From Verrucomicrobiota bacterium (GTDB lineage Bacteria > Verrucomicrobiota > Verrucomicrobiia > Limisphaerales > JADLHS01): DNA of 64,000 bases. The DNA lies in assembly GCA_013140495.1 (NCBI GenBank), contig JABFSR010000061.1, positions 17,873 through 81,872 of the forward strand, written 5' to 3'. The notes beneath the pieces are model-generated. The model was given only the letters and a program-made list of their open reading frames with translations. It was not told where the DNA came from and did not search any database. The first letter of the stretch is position 1; every line of letters begins with the position of its first letter. Below are positions 20,851 through 27,804 of this stretch, piece by piece. Both the position numbers and the translations under genes were made by a program.

Positions 20851-22686
20851 CTACACCGTCCTCCTGTGGTACCACCACCACTCGAACAGCAGCACGGCCA
20901 GGCCGATGGCGGCGAGCGTGCGCCAGAGTTCCATGTTCGTGCGTTGCACCGTCGTCGCAGTGACGCGGGTGTATTCGCCGAATTTGAGTTCGTCGCGCGG
21001 ACGGATGTTGCTCTCGGCGGAATCGAGCAGGTCGGCGCAGAAAGTCGTTTCGTTCGTGCCGGCGCGCAGGTGATAGACGCCTTGCTTGGCCGTGTCCCCG
21101 AAGACGATTTCATTCGCGGTCGCGTCCACGGCGATTTGCTTCGTCGAGCCGTCGGGCAATTTCACTTCGGCGCTTTTCACCGATTCGCTCAACGCGAGGC
21201 GGAATGGGTCGCCGGCTTTGATGAGGAGCTGGGAATTCTTCGCGTTGGCGGGATTGAGCCAGTCCACGGCGTTGGCGATGAAGATTGGAAACGACACGCG
21301 CAGCGGCCAGTTGCTCTCTAGCGGATCAAAGCCCACCCACACGATGCGTTGCCGGCCCAGGTCGCCCGCGAGGATGAGCGGCGCTTGCGGCGCTTCGAGG
21401 ATCGAGACGGCCCACGTCGGCGCGCGCGCGGTGAGGCTCTGCACGATCTGTACGTTGTCGAATCCGGCGTAGCGCAACAACGGGTGCGTGGATTTCCAGT
21501 CCACGATCACCGGCGCTTCCACGGCGGCGACGCTCTCGACCCAGTTCGTGTTCACGGTGCGGAACGCGAGCACGTTGCCCTTGGGCCACGAAGTCGGCAC
21601 GATGCCGTCGAGCACGATGAAATCAAAACCCGCGCCCGCGTCGGTCAAATCATTCGCCACGGCCAGTTGCACGTTCGCCACGGCACGCAACGCTTTTTCG
21701 AGCAACCGATTTCCGCGCGTAACGAGCAAAACGTTCACGGACTTGGGCAGCAAACTCACGATGGACGCTTCGTTGTCGGCGGCGAGATCGTCTTTGCCCG
21801 TGAGGCGAACGGTGAACACGCCGTCCTTGGCTTGTGAAGCTTTGAAAACTTGCGGTGCGGTTTGTCCGCCGGGAATCGTGAGCGGGCGTGTTTCGAGTAA
21901 GCTCCCTTGGAACGAGATCTCGAGATCAGCGCTCATGGTGTTCGAGGAAAAATTCGCGACGCTGGCGTAGATGGCGCGTTGCGTGGCGTCCTCGGGATTC
22001 GCCCGGGCGTCGAGGGCGGTGATGCCAAGATTATCCGCGCGCTGACCGACCTTGTGATAGATCAGCGGCAGCGCCTTGTTCTCGAACTCCGTCAAGTCCG
22101 GCACCGCACCGTCGCTGAACAGATGAACCTCCGCGCTGCGGCGATCGCGCACCAGCGACTCGGCCATCTTGAGAGCGGGGACGAGCCGCGTGGGCGAATC
22201 CGATGGCGCGCACGCCTGCAACGCGCGGCGCAAAGCGGCTTTCTCGCTCGTGGCGGATTGTTTGACCTCGGTGTTCGCGCCCGCGAGCAGCACGACCATT
22301 TGATCGGTTGGCTCAAGACTGTCCACCCACTTGAGCGCCTCGGTGCGCGCCCGCTCGAAGCGCGACGGCGATTCGTCCACGGCTTGCATCGAAGCCGAAC
22401 CGTCGAGGATGACGACGCGCAATTGCGCCGGCTTGGCCGTGGTGGCGAAGAACGGTCGCGTGAGCGCCAGCACCGCCAGCGCGAGCAGGAGAATTTGCAG
22501 GTAAAGCAGCCAATTTTTCCGCAACTTCTGAAACGGCGCGCTGGCCTGAGTGTCGGCGAGGAATTTTTGCCACAGGAGAGTGCTGGAGACGAGTTTGACG
22601 ACCCGTTTCCGTTTTAGCAGGTAGAAAACAATGACGACGGGGATGGAGGCTGCGAACGCGAAAGCCAAAGGCGCGAGAAAGTTCAC
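20851..22686 (-). CDS. BatA-like protein (aerotolerance-regulator N-terminal double-TM domain plus VWA)
   Basis: Track ORF of 611 aa. MNFLAPLAFAFAASIPVVIVFYLLKRKR..., then VVILDGSASM (MIDAS-like), and a C-terminal TM helix. Confidence 0.8.
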   Translation of the reverse strand: MNFLAPLAFAFAASIPVVIVFYLLKRKRVVKLVSSTLLWQKFLADTQASAPFQKLRKNWLLYLQILLLALAVLALTRPFFATTAKPAQLRVVILDGSASMQAVDESPSRFERARTEALKWVDSLEPTDQMVVLLAGANTEVKQSATSEKAALRRALQACAPSDSPTRLVPALKMAESLVRDRRSAEVHLFSDGAVPDLTEFENKALPLIYHKVGQRADNLGITALDARANPEDATQRAIYASVANFSSNTMSADLEISFQGSLLETRPLTIPGGQTAPQVFKASQAKDGVFTVRLTGKDDLAADNEASIVSLLPKSVNVLLVTRGNRLLEKALRAVANVQLAVANDLTDAGAGFDFIVLDGIVPTSWPKGNVLAFRTVNTNWVESVAAVEAPVIVDWKSTHPLLRYAGFDNVQIVQSLTARAPTWAVSILEAPQAPLILAGDLGRQRIVWVGFDPLESNWPLRVSFPIFIANAVDWLNPANAKNSQLLIKAGDPFRLALSESVKSAEVKLPDGSTKQIAVDATANEIVFGDTAKQGVYHLRAGTNETTFCADLLDSAESNIRPRDELKFGEYTRVTATTVQRTNMELWRTLAAIGLAVLLFEWWWYHRRTV

Positions 22687-22699
22687 GAGCGGCCTCCTT

Positions 22700-22771
22700 G
22701 GAGCGCCGATCTCTGATCCGGCGTGTTGGCATCTCGCTGCTGCAACGAGCCGGGTCGGAGACCGGCGCTCC
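22700..22771. repeat. REP-like palindrome (GGAGCGCCG family), intergenic
   Basis: The 23-nt arms ggagcgccgatctctgatccggc and gccgggtcggagaccggcgctcc are complementary at 20 of 23 positions, and all three mismatches are transitions. The spacer is 26 nt. Confidence 0.85.
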
Positions 22772-22776
22772 GCCGT

Positions 22777-22852
<76 letters not shown>

Positions 22853-22855
22853 TCC

Positions 22856-23785
22856 TCATCCCCACACCTCCGACTTCCTCAATTGCTTCAGCAGCAAATC
22901 TTGAAGGTCCATGTTCGACGGGGCCATGAAGAAGTTGATGCCACGTTTTGTGGTGAACTCGCGGAGGCGCTGGATGAAATTCTGCACGGTCTGCTGATAT
23001 GCCTTCATCCGGTAGCGACCAAACGTGACTTCCTGCAAACCGCCGCTCTCGGAATCCACGAGGCGTAGATCGCCGAAGGTGGTGGGCGCGAGTTCTTCGG
23101 GCGCGAGAATCTGGACGACGTTTACTTGAAAGCCGCGCCCAACGAGCGCGGTGAGGCCGGACTCGTAGCCGGCGGGATCGAGAAAATCACTCAGCACGAT
23201 GGCGAGACCGGTGTGGCGGGCTTCCAATGCACCACGGCGCAAGGCTTCGTTGAAATCTGCGCCGCCGGCAGCAGTCAGGGCGTTGAGGTTTTGGAAGAAC
23301 TGCATCGAGGATTTTTTGCCGCGCACGCTGCGCAAGGCGCCGCGCGCGGCAAGTTCTTCGGAAGTAAGCGCGCCGGCTTGTCCGCTTTGCGTTCCGTGTT
23401 CCGTGTTCGGAAACGGCACGACGCTCACGCGATCAAATCCGCACAGTGCCACGTAGCCTATGGCGGCGGCGACCTGGCGGGCGAAATCGAATTTGCGTGG
23501 TTCGCCGAAGGTCATGGACTCGCTGGCATCGAGAAAAATGCGCACGGGCAGTTCGCGCTCCTCCTCGTAGAGCTTGAGAAAAAGTTTGTCGAGGCGACCG
23601 AAGAGATTCCAATCGAGGTAGCGGAAATCGTCGCCGGGGACGTAGCTGCGGTGGTCGGCAAACTCGACGGATTGCCCGCGCGCGCGACTGCGGCGCTCGC
23701 CCTTGGCGCTGCTCTTGGCACGCCGCGCGGCGAGCAATTGGAATTGTTCGAGGCGGCGCAGGAGTTCGGGGGTGAGCAAAGACAT
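22856..23785 (-). CDS. DUF58 domain protein (MoxR-operon partner)
   Basis: Track ORF. GERRSRARGQSVEFADHRSYVPGDDFRYLDWN... is the DUF58 signature as I recall it. Confidence 0.9.
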   Translation of the reverse strand: MSLLTPELLRRLEQFQLLAARRAKSSAKGERRSRARGQSVEFADHRSYVPGDDFRYLDWNLFGRLDKLFLKLYEEERELPVRIFLDASESMTFGEPRKFDFARQVAAAIGYVALCGFDRVSVVPFPNTEHGTQSGQAGALTSEELAARGALRSVRGKKSSMQFFQNLNALTAAGGADFNEALRRGALEARHTGLAIVLSDFLDPAGYESGLTALVGRGFQVNVVQILAPEELAPTTFGDLRLVDSESGGLQEVTFGRYRMKAYQQTVQNFIQRLREFTTKRGINFFMAPSNMDLQDLLLKQLRKSEVWG

Positions 23786-23789
23786 AGCG

Positions 23790-24506
23790 TCAGGTTTTTT
23801 TTGCTGCGTGGCGAAGCTGTTCCAATTCAGCTTTCAGTGGCTGCCAATAAATCCGGTCGTGCTCGCGCTCGGCGCGTTCTTCTTCGGCCAAGCCTGATTC
23901 CAGTTCACTTGTCTGGGCCGTGTTAGCGAAACGGAGCAAGAGACGTTTCACCTCAACCTCGCGCGAGAGTTCGGGCGCGGCTTGCGAGACTTCGCGAAGC
24001 AATTCTGGCGTGCGCATTTCCAACAGCCAGAAGCGCTGCCGTTCCGGCGTGGGCGCGGCGCGATGTTGCAGATAGTGCGCTTCAACGAGCCGTTGCAGCA
24101 TCGGCCAGTCTTTGCTGCGCTGGGTTTTCTTGGCTTGCACGAGGTCAGGCAGCGAGAGCAATTCGTAAGTCGTGCCGTCGTTGTCACTGAGTGTGGTGCG
24201 ACGTTCCCAAAGTGCGGGGAATGGGTCAACGCCGCGCAGTTTCGACATCAGGTCCACGCGCATATCGGCGGCGGCGGGATGATGACAACGGAAATGGATA
24301 GCGTGGCCGCGTTCGAGATATTCGGCGGCGAAGGGCGGAACGGCGATGCACTCGGCTTGAAGTTCCTGAAGCGCGGCGGAGAGGCGCTGGAGATTTTCCC
24401 CGTCGGCGAGGATGAGGAGGTCGGTGTCGCGGCTAAACTCCGCTGCGCCGTAGAACACGCAGGCCTGGCCGCCCATCAGCAGGGCACGGACCTGGCGCGC
24501 TGCCAT
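23790..24506 (-). CDS. nucleotidyltransferase-fold protein (minimal NTase / AbiEii-like), tentative
   Basis: Track ORF 23790..24542, with ATG 24506 preferred as the start (MAARQVRALLMGGQ...). GGQACVFYGAAEFSRDTDLLI fits the G[GS]-x(n)-D-x-D NTase motif. The C-terminal half is helical. Confidence 0.5.
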   Translation of the reverse strand: MAARQVRALLMGGQACVFYGAAEFSRDTDLLILADGENLQRLSAALQELQAECIAVPPFAAEYLERGHAIHFRCHHPAAADMRVDLMSKLRGVDPFPALWERRTTLSDNDGTTYELLSLPDLVQAKKTQRSKDWPMLQRLVEAHYLQHRAAPTPERQRFWLLEMRTPELLREVSQAAPELSREVEVKRLLLRFANTAQTSELESGLAEEERAEREHDRIYWQPLKAELEQLRHAAKKT

Positions 24507-24663
24507 CGTAGAAAGGACTTTCCGAATCCGGCTCGGGATCAAGCGAACCTCCTATGGACAGAAAGTGCGCCCACAACTCGCCGCTGGCGTGCCAGCGTTC
24601 GAGCGGGGTCATGGCATACCACTCGGCCCATTCGCCGCCCACGATGTCTTCCGGCTGAACCAT
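24433..24663 (-). CDS. small hypothetical protein upstream of and overlapping the NTase-fold gene
   Basis: Part of track ORF 24433..24741, starting from the internal ATG (MVQPEDIVGGEWAEWYAMTPLERWHASGELWAHFLSIGGSLDPEPDSESPF...). Its last 70-110 nt overlap the NTase ORF in another frame, so the end, or the gene's reality, is uncertain. Confidence 0.3.
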   Translation of the reverse strand: MVQPEDIVGGEWAEWYAMTPLERWHASGELWAHFLSIGGSLDPEPDSESPFYDGSAPGPCPADGRPGLRVLRRSGV

Positions 24664-24724
24664 GCGGAACGATTGTGCAGAAGCGGCGGAAGTGCAAGTG
24701 AACATTCCGTGTGGCGCAGGATGA

Positions 24725-24850
24725 AAAACGCAAAGACGCAAAGGGGCAAAGACGCAAAGTCAGAGGAATGGATGTCAGGGGAATGGGGAGGCAGAATTCT
24801 TCCGGCTTGGTCTTCATTCCTCTGACAATCATTCCCCTGACTTGATTCCC
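24725..24850. repeat. composite REP-like element
   Basis: aaaacgcaaagacgcaaaggggcaaagacgcaaag is followed by an inverted pair of 12-mers: gtcagaggaatg / gtcaggggaatg (24759-24785) against cattcctctgac / cattcccctgac (24815-24841). Confidence 0.85.
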
Positions 24851-24885
24851 TGCTGGATGGTTGGTTGAAACAAAATTTGTGTGAC

Positions 24886-25080
24886 GCTCGCCCTCACCCA
24901 GGCCCTCTCCCCCGGGGAGAGGGAATCGCGAGCGGACGCGTTGGGATGATTCGGAAGTTGGATTGCCTGTCGCTGCTGGTTGGTAGCTCGCGGGAGAAAA
25001 CTGCCGAAGGACGGACGGCTGGCGCTGGCTCAACACGCGGCGAAGGATTCTCCCTCGCCGGGTGGAGAGGGTGGGCGTGG
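24886..25080. repeat. MITE-like unit bounded by inverted copies of a CCCTCTCC..GGAGAGGGAATC motif
   Basis: The left copy ccctctcccccggggagagggaatc (24903 onwards) is itself a hairpin. The right copy gattctccctcgccgggtggagaggg (25046 onwards) is in the opposite orientation. Track ORF 24539..25108 is built from these repeats. Confidence 0.7.
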
Positions 25081-25109
25081 CAATAAATGTTTTGTGAGCT
25101 ATACGCATT

Positions 25110-25832
25110 TCACGGAGAGAGAATCATTGTGGGCGCAGTGTGCAGAAAGGTGTTTAGCCGAGCTTGGTGCTGGTGAAGAAATCCCACGATCCCTGCGTGA
25201 CTTCCAGCGTCGAGTAATGGCGGTTCATGGCCGGTTGTGTCCACTAAACCAGCCAGCGGTGAAAGCCGATCCCGGACAAATTCAAAAGTTGTCAGGGTTG
25301 GTGCTACATCAGATGGAAGGGCATACCTAATCACAACGATCAATTTGACCCGGTTGCACAACCCAAGCACTGAAAGCATGTGCTCAGGACTTTGTGTCTT
25401 GATTACCTCTCCAAGAATTCTTTTCTCATTCTGATTTAGGTGCCTTGCAAACTTCGTAGGGAAGGGATGGACATCTACGTGTGCGGCATTCGTTTGATAG
25501 GAACAACCAAGTGCTGCCAATCCTTGCTCACATACGTCAAACCATTGATGTCGTCGAGTTCTTGGTGAGTCAAAATAGCTAAGTAAGCGATTCGTCAACC
25601 CCACCGCGGTCAGCGAGCCTGATCCGCAACCAATCGGCCATCGTCTTTCAGGAACAAATTCTGGGTGAGCAGGATTAAGCGCAAGCGTGACAACTTCTGC
25701 GCGGCGTATATCGCCAAAGAAAGGAATTGGGTAGAGAGTGTTGTTGTCAGGGAAAAGACTTGGGTGAGCAAGTTGCAGTTCACGAAATGCAGCCATCTCT
25801 TTATCAACCAAAGCCACGATTGGGTTTGGCAT
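25110..25832 (-). CDS. hypothetical protein, possibly uracil-DNA-glycosylase-superfamily fold
   Basis: Track ORF of 240 aa. FFGDIRRAEVVTLALNPAHPE resembles UDG motif A (hhG-x-NP-[GA]), and AHVDVHPFPTKF resembles motif B (HPSP-type). It is more AT-rich than its neighbours. The fold call is tentative. Confidence 0.5.
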   Translation of the reverse strand: MPNPIVALVDKEMAAFRELQLAHPSLFPDNNTLYPIPFFGDIRRAEVVTLALNPAHPEFVPERRWPIGCGSGSLTAVGLTNRLLSYFDSPRTRRHQWFDVCEQGLAALGCSYQTNAAHVDVHPFPTKFARHLNQNEKRILGEVIKTQSPEHMLSVLGLCNRVKLIVVIRYALPSDVAPTLTTFEFVRDRLSPLAGLVDTTGHEPPLLDAGSHAGIVGFLHQHQARLNTFLHTAPTMILSP

Positions 25833-26167
25833 CAGAGTTCCTCCCTGATTTGTCGAAGTGCTTCCACAGTCTGTTTCTGAATTTGTTCCCAGTGATCTTC
25901 CGGCTTTCTCACGATCATTTTTCTGAGGACAAGGCTTTGTGGGTCGTCGTCAATTGCGAGGTCAGGTTTTCCTGCGAAGCCCTCAAAGAACTTTTCCAGC
26001 TTATGTCGGGCGGCGACGGACTTCGCGTATTCAGCGCCAGCGGCGGACCAGAGGGTTAATTCACATGGAACTTCACGGAGTTTTGTCAGAGCTTCAATTG
26101 CTCCGGGCAGGAGTTCGCCTTGCTCATCAATGAGCGTCAAATCCACGTCTATGCAAACATTCAACAT
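25832..26167 (-). CDS. minimal (capless) HAD-superfamily phosphatase-like protein
   Basis: Track ORF of 111 aa. Motif I is DVDLT, motif II is TLWSAAG, and motifs III/IV are GKPDLAIDDD. Its stop overlaps the next start by 1 nt (TGATG). Confidence 0.6.
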   Translation of the reverse strand: MLNVCIDVDLTLIDEQGELLPGAIEALTKLREVPCELTLWSAAGAEYAKSVAARHKLEKFFEGFAGKPDLAIDDDPQSLVLRKMIVRKPEDHWEQIQKQTVEALRQIREEL

Positions 26168-26200
26168 TCCCCTGCGCCTTTGCCTCTTAGCGTCTTTGCG

Positions 26201-27202
26201 TTAAACCCCGACCGCCTCCGCGCTCACCGGCACGTCTTTCAAAATCTGCTCGATGATGTGGTCAGTGGTGATGCCTTCGGCTTCGGCTTCGAAGTTGGGG
26301 ATGAGGCGGTGGCGCAACGCGGGGAGCGCGGCGGATTGGATGTCCTCGAAGCTGACGTTGAAGCGGCCCTGCGCCAGCGCGCGGACTTTGCCGGCGAGGA
26401 TGAGCGTTTGCGCGCCACGCGGGCTGCTGCCGAAACGCAGATACTGGTTCGCAATCGGCGCGGCGGTGTCGGTCTTGGGATGCGTGGCGAGCACGAGGCG
26501 CACAGCGTAATCCTTCACGTGCGATGCGACGGGGACTTCGCGCACAAGTTTCATGAGTTCGCTGAGGGCTTCGCGGGTCAAAACTTTGTTCACCTCGATC
26601 TTTGTGCCGGTGGTGGTGCGATTGATGACTTCGGTCAATTCGTCCGCGTTCGGATAGCCAACGATGATCTTGAAGAAGAAACGATCCAGTTGCGCTTCGG
26701 GCAGCGGATAGGTGCCTTCCTGATCAATCGGGTTCTGCGTGGCCATGACGAAGAAGGGTTCGCCAAGTTTGCGGAGTTCGCCGCCGGCGGTGACTTGTTT
26801 CTCCTGCATGGCTTCGAGCATGGCGGACTGGGTCTTGGGCGTGGCGCGATTGATTTCGTCGGCGAGAATCAGGTGCGCAAAGATCGGGCCGCGTTGGAAC
26901 TCAAAAGCACGTTTGCCCGCGTCGGTGTCCATGACGAGGTTTGTGCCGAGGATGTCGGCGGGCATGAGGTCGGGCGTGAACTGGATGCGATTGAACGGCA
27001 TGTCGAGCACCTCGCCGAGCGTGCGGATGAGGAGCGTTTTGCCGAGGCCAGGTACGCCTTCGAGCAACACGTGTCCGCCGCCGAACAGCGCGATGAGGGT
27101 GCTCTCGACAATGGCGGTGTGGCCGACGATGACTTTGCCGATCTCGGCCTGGAGCGCGGCGTAGGTGTCGCGGAAGGATTGGATTTGGGATTCGGTGCTC
27201 AT
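26201..27202 (-). CDS. moxR: MoxR-family AAA+ ATPase
   Basis: Track ORF. HVLLEGVPGLGKTLL (Walker A), ILADEINRATPKTQSAMLEAMQE (Walker B and sensor region), RFGSSPRG. Confidence 0.95.
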   Translation of the reverse strand: MSTESQIQSFRDTYAALQAEIGKVIVGHTAIVESTLIALFGGGHVLLEGVPGLGKTLLIRTLGEVLDMPFNRIQFTPDLMPADILGTNLVMDTDAGKRAFEFQRGPIFAHLILADEINRATPKTQSAMLEAMQEKQVTAGGELRKLGEPFFVMATQNPIDQEGTYPLPEAQLDRFFFKIIVGYPNADELTEVINRTTTGTKIEVNKVLTREALSELMKLVREVPVASHVKDYAVRLVLATHPKTDTAAPIANQYLRFGSSPRGAQTLILAGKVRALAQGRFNVSFEDIQSAALPALRHRLIPNFEAEAEGITTDHIIEQILKDVPVSAEAVGV

Positions 27203-27210
27203 TGGGGGAA

Positions 27211-27240
27211 TTGCAGGTTGAAAGTTGAAGGTTGCAGGTT
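27211..27240. repeat. heptamer block; left inverted repeat of the four-helix-bundle cassette
   Basis: ttgcagg ttgaaag ttgaagg ttgcagg. Positions 27214-27240 match the reverse complement of 27770-27790, apart from a one-heptamer indel. Confidence 0.85.
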
Positions 27241-27256
27241 TTCCATTTTATCAGCG

Positions 27257-27652
27257 TTACACGGGTTTTCGGACGCGGGAGTTGCTTGGGTATTTTTCCA
27301 GATAACTGATGAATTTGGCGATGCGGCGCGAAAGTGAAAGGGCGGCATCGCGCAGGGCGGTGAATTCCTTTTCCGTCACATATTCCTGATCCAGGGCGAC
27401 ATAAAGTTGCGAGCGGACTTCGCCAGTTGAGCCTTTGGCAATGCTCAGGAACTGGATGAACTCTTTGCGGTAACCGCGCTCGAATCCTTCGGCAATGTTC
27501 GACATCGTCGAGGTTGCAGCCCGGCGGATTTGGTCGCGCAGGCCAAAATCGCGATAGAACGCACGCTGTTTGGATACGGTGTAAATGTCTTTGACCAACG
27601 CCCGCGCGTCCTGCCAGACGTGCAGATCTTCAAATTGTTGTGCCGTTGCCAT
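27257..27652 (-). CDS. four-helix-bundle protein ('23S rRNA intervening-sequence protein' family)
   Basis: Track ORF. FEDLHVWQDARALVKDIY...QIRRAATSTMSNIAEGFERGYRKEFIQFLSIAKGSTGEVRSQL matches my recollection of the family pattern. Confidence 0.85.
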   Translation of the reverse strand: MATAQQFEDLHVWQDARALVKDIYTVSKQRAFYRDFGLRDQIRRAATSTMSNIAEGFERGYRKEFIQFLSIAKGSTGEVRSQLYVALDQEYVTEKEFTALRDAALSLSRRIAKFISYLEKYPSNSRVRKPV

Positions 27653-27724
27653 GCTTTGCTCCTGTTTGGTTCGTTGCTTTCAACCGCGCCTGTTTCTTCT
27701 TGCGTATGCTGCGCACCTCCTGCT

Positions 27725-27804
27725 GTTACAAGTTACAGGTTGCATGAAGTGCGTCAGACGTGCGCGAGCCAACCTGCAACTTTCAACCTGCACCCTGCAA
27801 CCCT
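27725..27804. repeat. heptamer blocks; right inverted repeat of the four-helix-bundle cassette
   Basis: gttacaa gttacag gttgcat lie at 27725-27745, and caacctg caacttt caacctg caccctg caaccct lie at 27770-27804. Confidence 0.85.

Noticed and set aside
24539-25108. A 189-aa minus-strand ORF between the NTase-fold gene and the UDG-like gene.
   Set aside because: It is composed almost entirely of the REP/MITE-like repeats. Peptides such as IPLTSIPLT and PGGEGLGEGE are translations of the 12-mer and CCCTCTCC motifs. It has no plausible start context.
26120-27337. A 405-aa plus-strand ORF, among the longest plus-strand ORFs in the track.
   Set aside because: It lies exactly antisense to moxR, which has unmistakable Walker A/B motifs. 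Its own translation is low-complexity and rich in R/G/A/E/D with no motifs, which is typical of a shadow ORF in GC-rich DNA. The same reasoning applies to 23126..23926, 18582..19295, 21907..22617, 57182..58108, 58175..59032, 59002..59853, 35176..35904 and 49189..50127.
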